64,000 nucleotides of DNA from Setoptus koraiensis (Eukaryota; Animalia; Arthropoda): assembly GCA_048013815.1 (NCBI GenBank), contig CM106586.1, forward strand, positions 13,578,001 through 13,642,000. Direction: 5' to 3'. The position numbers and the translations under genes are program-made. A model generated the notes under the pieces. It was given only the letters and a program-made list of their open reading frames with translations, was not told where the DNA came from and ran no database searches. Below, piece by piece: positions 47,686-56,297 of this stretch; the stretch's first letter is position 1, and every line of letters starts with the position of its first letter.

Positions 47686-49670
47686 TTAATCCTGCATCCA
47701 AGACTTTGGCAACCATTGAGGTTCACACTCGATTCTGTTGATCTCTTTCAGCAATTCTTCACATGCTCCTTCAATATCGCTGACCGATAAAATCATATCG
47801 ATATATGGTCGGTACTGAGATTCGATGAATTCTGCTTCTTCACTGATTTTTCGGAGTGGTTTGACGAAAACAAAGTATGGCTTGAGTTTTGGCCCAGCAG
47901 GTCCTTGTCTCAAGATGAGAATAGATGGCACATGAAGGTTCAAGACACAGGTCTATAAGAAGGGATGGAGAGCAAAACAAGATGAGGATTAGTAAGTTAT
48001 CTTGGTAATATTCTACTTAGTTGCATAAGACAAAAATTCTTAAAACTTACCTTTCCTGACTGCACAACAGCATCTATCGCTTCGAAAGAGGTACCATAAT
48101 AGTGTTTCTCGTATTCTCCGTGTTCAACAAATTTACCTGCTTTTACATCAGCTTCGAAATGTGCCCTGCTCACATAAAAGTAATCTAAACCATTTTTCTC
48201 TCTATCTTTGATAGGTCGAGTTGTATGAGGTATTGCAGCAGCAAACCTATCGTGTTCTTGGAGAAGCCTATGTCTGATTTCCTGTCTACCAATATTTGTA
48301 GGGCCTATCATAACTATAGGTCGTTTCATATTACCTTTCGGATAGTAACAACAAACTTCCTCGTAAGCGGGTATCTCTTCGGGAGTCATTGGAATGTTGA
48401 GAGATTTCTTCCTTCGTCTAGGGGACGTTCCTTTCCCACAATTCAGCAGGATTGATGCCGGCGATCGTTTATCTGTTCTATTGTACCTCCTGTAGGCATC
48501 ATTACTATTTGTTGAGTCTGACAATACTCTCTCTTTACGAATGTGAAAGCTTTGTGAAGGTATCAAGCCGGCAAGAGAATTTTGACTGTCAGCCTCTCTG
48601 TATGCTTGCCACCAATCAGGGTCACTTCTATCAATTATCTGAAGAATTTCGCCTTTATCAAAGCTCATACCCAAGTCTTTACATGGAATGTATTCATCTT
48701 CGTGAGCTTTGTATTCGAAGAGAGCCTTAACAAAAATTCTCTGCTTCGACATGGGTTCTATAGGACGTGGATAGTTTCGGACTCTGATCATAAAGGTTAA
48801 TGTTCCCTTCATTTCGTTGAGAATATCGAACACTTCATTTACGTTTTTACCTCTCATCTCTATACCATTCACTTCCAAAATTTCATCGCCTTCATGTAGG
48901 AGACCAGATTCTGCTGCAGCACCTCCGCTGACAACCCTACCTATGACAACACTGCCATCTAGTTCGTTTCGAACTGTTGCTCCTAAGGGTTGACAAGAGG
49001 TTTTTTCAACTTTAGCCAATATTACGCCATCTCCCATGTCCATTACATGACTCCTATTGACTGTTGGATTCCTATTGGGGGAACTTGTAGGGAAGTTAAA
49101 TGATTGAGAAATTCTCTCAAATGCTGAGCAGACTCCTTGAATTGGGTACTTCGTTAATATAGCCAATAATTCAGCTGCATCCTGAGACATATCACCTTCT
49201 TGGAGGATAGAAATTACTGAATGGAGAAGATCTGTCGCTTTGATAGGTTTGAGTTTTGGTGATTCGAAAGGTATTTTTTGCTGTTTCATGAGAGTGCTAT
49301 AAATTGATAAAAGTTTACACAAGTTGGCATCGTTAGCTACATCAGAGAATTGATTATTTAAGTTACGCTGTAACCTGCTATGAACAGAGCACAAGTCAGG
49401 AAGGGGTGCAACAGGGGCCTGAGCAGATTCATCTTCGTCTGGTTCGAATGCCTGGTTGATGGCAGGTTGGATGACATGATGTTGCTGCTCTAGTTGTTTC
49501 AATCTTTTGCTATCTCTCAGGCTATGAGGTTTTGGCGGTGGATATCTGGGCGACTGCTTAGCCACTCCGATGAATGAATCAGGCACATCTACTGGCAGTT
49601 CCCTGTGTTTTGTTTGATTTGTGCTACCATACAGTTCTACCAACTCCATTTTGGTTGATTCCACTTTCAT
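47686..49670 (-). CDS. sdt: Stardust/PALS1 (MPP5) MAGUK; exons 49670-48051 and 47952-47686
   Basis: ECR1-like HRELPVDVPDSF...PRYPPP, two L27-like regions, PDZ, SH3, HOOK and GK. A 98-nt GT-AG intron (47953-48050) restores GK|TCVLNL...LKPYFVFV...EPQWLPKSW. Confidence 0.95.
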
Positions 49671-50391
49671 CGTGATATTGGGGTTTTCAGATTATCTCGC
49701 ATAATTGCTCTTATGCGTTTGATCTAATAACGAATGTGTCCAACGAAGAAACTTTCAGATTTCCTGTGAAGCGCCTCTTGACTTGTAAACAAATAGTTTT
49801 TGATTTGATGCTCTTTGAAAGAATAGAAAAAATAGCAATCGATTTCGATTTTGCATTTATCCGATACTTGTTGTCCCCTCAGTCAGGTGGACTGAGATAG
49901 GGAGAACGCAGGTCGGTAGGGTGCCGATGTGTTAAACTACCTCCCAATTTTTCACTCCCATCTCCCCATACCTCCCAAATCTTCGACAGAATAAAAAGAA
50001 AAAAAAACAGCTGACGAGAAAAAAATGTGACCGGTCAATGGTGTGACATTTCTCCTTAAAGTATAAAAATCTACCTCCGTAACCTCCCTACGATATATAA
50101 TAACATTATTTTTTTCAATTTATTACATAAAGCGTGGTTGCGATTAGAATTGCATTTGAACTGAAAAGGCTACACTAGATTCCACAATACATTTTCCAAG
50201 GAGTAGGATCCGACTTTCTGTGGTAAAATTTATCATTTTATGGAATCGTAGTTCGAAATATCCATCTGACTTGTATTTATCAGTCGGTTTATCTAATAAT
50301 AAAGCCGTACTATATTTAAGCATTAACTTCAGATAACCTTTTCAAAATTATTGTATCCATCATTAGAAAATATTTGATAAAAAACTAAATT

Positions 50392-50604
50392 ATGCCTAAA
50401 CAAATCAAAGAGATCAAGGATTTCCTTATTAAGGCCAGACAACCCCAGGCCAAATCCGTCAAAATCAAGAAGAACGAGGACAACTACAAATTCAAGCTAA
50501 GATGTAGCAGATATCTGTTCACGTTGGTTGTTGAGGATAAGGAGAAATCCGAGAAATTAAAGCAATCTCTGCCCCCTGGACTGCAAGTTAAAGAGCTTAA
50601 ATAA
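50392..50604 (+). CDS. RpL38: 60S ribosomal protein L38, copy 2, intronless
   Basis: Protein identical to copy 1. TCT-like CCTTTTC at 50337-50343 and downstream AATAAA. Confidence 0.97.
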   Translation: MPKQIKEIKDFLIKARQPQAKSVKIKKNEDNYKFKLRCSRYLFTLVVEDKEKSEKLKQSLPPGLQVKELK

Positions 50605-50927
50605 ATGGAATAAGAATGCGTATCGTTCAGACAAGATTTGTGTGATTAAATAAACATTTGAAACTAAAAAATTTGAATTTTTTGTGTTATTCTCAATTCT
50701 CATGAAATCATGTGAAAAAATCTCCACTCAAACGCTGGCCTCCTTCATCATTGCTGGGCCTATACGCATGATTATTTTACCATCATATGTTCAACGCGCG
50801 CCACTGTGCGAAAAAGAAAAGCATTGATCCCGGTCAATGTTACTCTTGATCATTCATTATTTTTGCGTAAACTGCCCGATTGATCATTCATTGTAATCGA
50901 ATTGCTAACAAGATCCGCTGTTAAAAA

Positions 50928-51959
50928 ATGAATCGGGTCTTGACTAGTAGTTTACGAGGCAATTGGTCGCAATATTTACTTCCCGCCGCCGTTCTTATAG
51001 GTCCGTGTTCATACATGGCCTACCATGACTTCATGCTACCAAAGACCAAGAAATTTCACTCAATCAAACAAGGGGATAACGAGAAACAATTGAACGCCAG
51101 AGTAGTAGAACTCACCATTGAAGCCATCTTGGATACCAAAGATGAGATCTCTGTGATCCAAGGTGTTAAGGATCAAGGAAAACCTAACCCATTGGCGTTC
51201 TTCTATTCACTAAGTCCATTCTATGCTGGAAAGAGTGGATCCAGTCATGGATCTCTAATTGGATTGCCCCTTTATGTGGACTACGAAGTTGCTAGCGATA
51301 TTCCCAAGGATCACTTGAACATCAGAGTTCTACCATCTTTTATGATCACTCAGGAAGCTGTGGTCAAAGTAGATGAAGTAAATTTAGACAAATACTTGGA
51401 AAAACTTTCTGCGTTGTCGAATGATTTGCACAAAAGTTTTCAAGTCGATACTGAAACAGAAGATGGCCAAAATTATGTCAACTCCTTATTACTATCGGAG
51501 AAAGCGAAAAAATTCCTCATAGCCAGACAGATTTTTTACACTGACACTAATCAAGTCATGATCAACTACTGTCTGTTTGCACTTGGTGGGCTGATACCGA
51601 TGACTCTGGTGAAACTGTTAACAGCGCTCAAGGTGCGACGTGTTCTGAGGATACCGTTGCAATCAATTATTCTCACACTTGGTTTAGTTCAATGTGTGAT
51701 AGTTAAGGATATTGTTCAGAACTACTATGATGAAAAGAGTGATAGATTGGCGGGTGGCCTGAGCCAAGACTACATAGAAGGCGGAATTGAGTATTACTCA
51801 AAATGCATTCAGAGGAACTTGGCTATAAGAAAAATGGACAGGATATCCGCCCGATACATAGACGCTAAAGGGAACATAAGAAATCATTTGAGTATGCTCA
51901 CGTTCAGAGAAATGCCCTTGACAGAGAGATTGCAACAACTGATAAAATTAAAATCCTAA
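50928..51959 (+). CDS. TMEM177: Mitochondrial inner-membrane protein TMEM177, intronless
   Basis: SLLLSEKAKKFLIARQI, two TM helices, and DRLAGGLSQDYIEGGIEYYSKCIQRNLAIR...GNI...MPLTER, matching the TMEM177 pattern as recalled. Confidence 0.85.
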   Translation: MNRVLTSSLRGNWSQYLLPAAVLIGPCSYMAYHDFMLPKTKKFHSIKQGDNEKQLNARVVELTIEAILDTKDEISVIQGVKDQGKPNPLAFFYSLSPFYAGKSGSSHGSLIGLPLYVDYEVASDIPKDHLNIRVLPSFMITQEAVVKVDEVNLDKYLEKLSALSNDLHKSFQVDTETEDGQNYVNSLLLSEKAKKFLIARQIFYTDTNQVMINYCLFALGGLIPMTLVKLLTALKVRRVLRIPLQSIILTLGLVQCVIVKDIVQNYYDEKSDRLAGGLSQDYIEGGIEYYSKCIQRNLAIRKMDRISARYIDAKGNIRNHLSMLTFREMPLTERLQQLIKLKS

Positions 51960-51968
51960 ATCAGTAGA

Positions 51969-52601
51969 TCATTGATCTAGTTTAATTTTATTTTCTTCGT
52001 TCCATCTGAGAGCACTCTCGTAAGCTTCACTACTGACACGACCACTTTGTTTGAGGGCGTCAAGTACCTCAGAGATCGTAAACAGGCTATTGAATTGTAC
52101 GTCCTTATTGTCGAGTCTCAACTTTTCTAAACCACCTTGTTCTCTGTCTATTATCACGAAAACGGACTTGACAGTCCAACCCTGTTCCTTGCATCTGTCT
52201 ATCATTTCCTGAATACTGCTGCCTGATGAAACAACGTCATCAACGATGACCAGTCGAAACTTCTGTTTGTCGAATTCAGCATAGGGATCTTGCAAGCCGT
52301 AACTTTTCTTTTCCTTGGGCGTGTATATATGTCTGAGGTCGGCTTCATAAGCAATGGAATAGCTTAGGCAAAGAGCACCCTGAGGTACGCCAACCAACGC
52401 AACATTTTCTCTGTCTTGTGGGGATGGGAAGAATTCGCGCACAACTAATTGGCATAAAGGTTTACGTAGTTCGGGAATCAAATCTCTAAGGTTCATATAG
52501 TAAGGTGCCTGAACACCTGATTTCAGGGTGAATTTGCCAAATTTCACGCATTCTGAATCGGATAGTAGATTGATCGATTTGAGCTTCAGTTCCTGGGTCA
52601 T
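51969..52601 (-). CDS. Stand-alone orotate phosphoribosyltransferase (UMPS N-terminal-like, 210 aa, no ODC domain)
   Basis: KFGKFTLKSG..APYY.NLR, GVP, KEKKSYG, PRPP loop VIVDDVVSSGSS and IIDREQGG, then a stop after KIKLDQ. Confidence 0.9.
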   Translation of the reverse strand: MTQELKLKSINLLSDSECVKFGKFTLKSGVQAPYYMNLRDLIPELRKPLCQLVVREFFPSPQDRENVALVGVPQGALCLSYSIAYEADLRHIYTPKEKKSYGLQDPYAEFDKQKFRLVIVDDVVSSGSSIQEMIDRCKEQGWTVKSVFVIIDREQGGLEKLRLDNKDVQFNSLFTISEVLDALKQSGRVSSEAYESALRWNEENKIKLDQ

Positions 52602-52889
52602 TTCTATTGCTGGTGCCAGTAATTATGAAGATATTACCTAGAGTTGATTCTTAAATATGGTATGGCTCAATTATTGGATGAATCGACAGGTGAGTAGATG
52701 AAGAGGTAAGGGAGATGTTGATCGAGACACGCGCACGTTTCACGTTAGGTTCCCATGCCCAGACCATGCCTTGAGCACGTGATCTTGACCGAGAATCAGC
52801 ATAGACAAACGCAAAAGTGGATCTTTCGCGGCGAATATCTTCCATGTTGCGCACGTTCAGTATATTCACTTTACGGCGCATGCGTACTG

Positions 52890-53389
52890 NNNNNNNNNNN
52901 NNNNNNNNNNNNNNNNNNNNNNNNNNNNNNNNNNNNNNNNNNNNNNNNNNNNNNNNNNNNNNNNNNNNNNNNNNNNNNNNNNNNNNNNNNNNNNNNNNNN
53001 NNNNNNNNNNNNNNNNNNNNNNNNNNNNNNNNNNNNNNNNNNNNNNNNNNNNNNNNNNNNNNNNNNNNNNNNNNNNNNNNNNNNNNNNNNNNNNNNNNNN
53101 NNNNNNNNNNNNNNNNNNNNNNNNNNNNNNNNNNNNNNNNNNNNNNNNNNNNNNNNNNNNNNNNNNNNNNNNNNNNNNNNNNNNNNNNNNNNNNNNNNNN
53201 NNNNNNNNNNNNNNNNNNNNNNNNNNNNNNNNNNNNNNNNNNNNNNNNNNNNNNNNNNNNNNNNNNNNNNNNNNNNNNNNNNNNNNNNNNNNNNNNNNNN
53301 NNNNNNNNNNNNNNNNNNNNNNNNNNNNNNNNNNNNNNNNNNNNNNNNNNNNNNNNNNNNNNNNNNNNNNNNNNNNNNNNNNNNNNNNN
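52890..53389. other. Assembly gap (500 N)
   Basis: Run of N. Confidence 1.
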
Positions 53390-53421
53390 AATGTAGCGAG
53401 CAAGATGCACAATACACACAC

Positions 53422-53812
53422 TATGAGAGAAGTTGAGTTGGGACTATGTATGTTTACTATAGAATAGATATGTTTATTGTATAGATGTTAGCATACAGGC
53501 AGACAAAAACATACTAGTCATGTCTATGGGATTTTGCACAGAATTTATAGTGCGAGCCGAACATGATGGAACTTTCTATGATAAGCTGTGATTTACATTA
53601 AGGTGTTCTGTAGACATCATTGACATATGATATTTAGCTTATTACTCAGGTGGCATCGTATTGTCTAGACGATATTGTCTAGCTATAGTTAACACATCTG
53701 GTTGATATATTATCAACTCTCTAAAGTGGTCTTCCACATTGTGTTATGGGAGCAGGCTCATGTTCATGCTGCGCATGTATGTATTAGTCATAGTCAGTTT
53801 GTATTTCTCACA
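53422..53812 (-). repeat. 3' LTR (391 bp)
   Basis: Direct repeat of 55905-56297, preceded by the PPT on the minus strand. Confidence 0.92.
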
Positions 53813-54289
53813 CTCCCACTCAAACCAATATGACTAATGCCGTTTAGTGTTGATGATGATAATTTTCGGTATTGCATGATATTGTATGATAATCATACTA
53901 CATGATTATTTGTTGATGCGATAACTTGATGATAAGTCGTCATCGTCCTATATTTCATTTCTCCCACTTGATGATGATTTTTTTTGATAATGGGTTATAT
54001 TTCATGGGATTCCATTGCAGTGTAGTAATTGTTGAACATTCGAGGTTATGTTGATTAACATTCCTGGTCATGTTTCAAACATTGTTTTAGCTATTGAATT
54101 CCATATTGTGGGATCTGTATTGTAGGATGCGGATATTGGCTGATATTATAAGGTGGAGTGCGAACAGTATTATTGCCAGTGAATCTGTTATGAATGAGCA
54201 ATGTGCTGCTGCAATGCGAGGTTTGATTTCGTACGATGCGATATTTTCCTCTATTATATTATTGTCCTGCGATGAGACAATATCACCTA

Positions 54290-55456
54290 TTAAGTTGATT
54301 TTAGGTTCTTCATTTTCTGATCGATGTCAGATGTATTTTTTTCATTATCGATTTCTCCCACTGTTTCCTGTGAGATTTGGCATTGTTCGCATATTTCGCA
54401 ATTTCCACAATTTGGTGTCTGTGAATGATTTGCAGACATGAAGAATTGGTTCATCCATTGATTTGGATCGTCACTACTCATTGAACCATTTGAGATGTCT
54501 CCTTCATCTTCAGGATCTATCAATGATGCACTCAGTGCTTCAACAAAAACTGATCCTGATCCTTCTCTATTGGGCCTTGTTTCTCTCTTTTTAGAGTTTG
54601 ATTTTTCCGGACATTTGTCGGCCCAGTGTCCTTCCTTTCCGCATTTAAAGCATTTTGTCCCTTTTTTGTTATCATATTTGCGGAATTTGTTATTTTCGTG
54701 ACTTTTATCGCCATCCTGTCCTTTATTCTTGCTATAAAAAGCAACATTATCGCCAGTATTTCCTCTAAAACCTTCTTGAATTAATTGTTCTTCAGCCATT
54801 AATCTCGGGAGGAGGACTGCCAGAGTTTGCTCTTGGTCAGTGGTGGCATTCCACTGGTGTCTAAAGATTTTGTATTGATCTGTCAAGCCACATATAAGCT
54901 TATTTACCAGTGTCTCTTCAGGATAGACCAGTCCAGCTTCTTTTAACTTGCCATAGATGTATTCGCCACGTGAGACGTAATCGCTACTATTTTCATTGTG
55001 TTTCATTCTCAGATTGAAGAACTCGGTTTGTAGACTTATTTTATTGTTCTTAGAGGTGTTTTCATGTATTTGGGAAAGTCTATCCCACATATCTTTAGCT
55101 GTTGTACAATTCATGATGATTTTGGCGTGTTTTGTATCAACATTTGTAGCTATAAGGGCTCTTGCTTTTTCACATTTTGTTTTGAATGCTGCTTGTTCAT
55201 TTGCAGGCAATGATGTTATACTCTTGGTAAGAACATCTTTCAAACCTTTGATTTGGAATATCTGTTCCAATTGAAATTTCCAGACTCCAAAGTCTGTACC
55301 ATCGAAAATTCTAATGCTGTATGTATCTCTTTCACCCATTGTTCCTGATTGCTCGATTTTTGGATTGATTACCAACGATGGATTTTGTTGAGCTATTTCT
55401 ATTTCTTGATCGTTTTTGACGATTATATTGCTTGCTGAATTGCTTGCTTTGCTCAT
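54290..55456 (-). CDS. Copia-type Gag (capsid-like region and CCHC zinc knuckle)
   Basis: FDGTDFGVWKFQL, AKDMWDRL, KLICGL..QYK, LLPRLMAEE and CFKCGKEGHWADKCP. No DSG protease, DDE, RT or RNase H motifs. Confidence 0.9.
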   Translation of the reverse strand: MSKASNSASNIIVKNDQEIEIAQQNPSLVINPKIEQSGTMGERDTYSIRIFDGTDFGVWKFQLEQIFQIKGLKDVLTKSITSLPANEQAAFKTKCEKARALIATNVDTKHAKIIMNCTTAKDMWDRLSQIHENTSKNNKISLQTEFFNLRMKHNENSSDYVSRGEYIYGKLKEAGLVYPEETLVNKLICGLTDQYKIFRHQWNATTDQEQTLAVLLPRLMAEEQLIQEGFRGNTGDNVAFYSKNKGQDGDKSHENNKFRKYDNKKGTKCFKCGKEGHWADKCPEKSNSKKRETRPNREGSGSVFVEALSASLIDPEDEGDISNGSMSSDDPNQWMNQFFMSANHSQTPNCGNCEICEQCQISQETVGEIDNEKNTSDIDQKMKNLKST

Positions 55457-55904
55457 CTAAGAAAGACGAAGTCGATTTCTTGATGTATTGATTTCGGGTG
55501 AAATTTCAATCTGTATTGTCCTATTAAATTGTATTGGACTCGATCTTGTATGCTCAATTCGTGATCGATTGAGTCTGATGATTTCCACAATTCGTGATCG
55601 ACTGTGTATGATGACTCAGTTAGATGGATTAACTAACTAATTAGTCTTGATTATGATTTCGGTTTGAATTAACTATTTTCATGCGATGATGATGATCATA
55701 ATTCGAGATCGATTATGATATTTGCTGTCGATACTTCTTCTCGTTGAAGATATCGGCTATTTTCTCATGCGATATTCGTTTTACTCACTGGTGTCTATGG
55801 ATGGACCTCGCAAGTGATACGAATGCTGCTAGCTAGTTATTTCACTGGGGTTCTTTTGATGAACCTCCGAGATGATAAAAACTTTGCTATTTTGGCTGTT
55901 AACC

Positions 55905-56297
55905 TATGAGAAAAGTTGAATTGGGACTATGTATGTTTACTACAGAATAGATATAAGTTTATTGTATAGATGTTAGCATACAAGTAGACAAAACACACTA
56001 GTCTATGTCTATGGGATTTGGCACTGAATTTATAGTGCGAGCCGAACATGATGGCACTTTCTATGATGTGCTGTGATCTACATTAAGGTGTTCTGTAGAC
56101 ATCATTGACATATGATATTTAGCTCATTACTCAGGTGTCATGGCTTTGTCTAGACGATATTGTCCAGCTATAGTTAACACATCTGGTTGATATATTATCA
56201 ACTCTCTAAAGTGATCTTCCATATTATAATATGGAAGCAGGCTCATGTTCATGCTACTCATATATGTATTAGTCATAGTCGGTTTGTATTTCTCACA
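55905..56297 (-). repeat. 5' LTR (393 bp)
   Basis: TGTGAGAAA...TTTCTCATA on the minus strand, immediately followed by the PBS GGTTAACAGCC. Confidence 0.92.

Larger units (their letters stand above)
53422..56297 (-). mobile_element. Ty1/copia LTR retroelement, gag-only (about 2.9 kb, no pol)
   Basis: Direct LTRs at 55905-56297 (5') and 53422-53812 (3'), about 92% identical by eye. PBS at 55894-55904, PPT GAGTGGGAG at 53813-53821, and a copia-type gag ORF between them. Confidence 0.92.

Noticed and set aside
34705-52885. Giant transposon carrying the 18-kb gene block between inverted repeats
   Set aside because: The inverted homology is diverged and contains an indel, no TSD or transposase is visible, and one end runs into the gap. 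A rearranged duplication explains it more simply.
52651-53467. ORFs spanning the N run
   Set aside because: Artefacts of the assembly gap.
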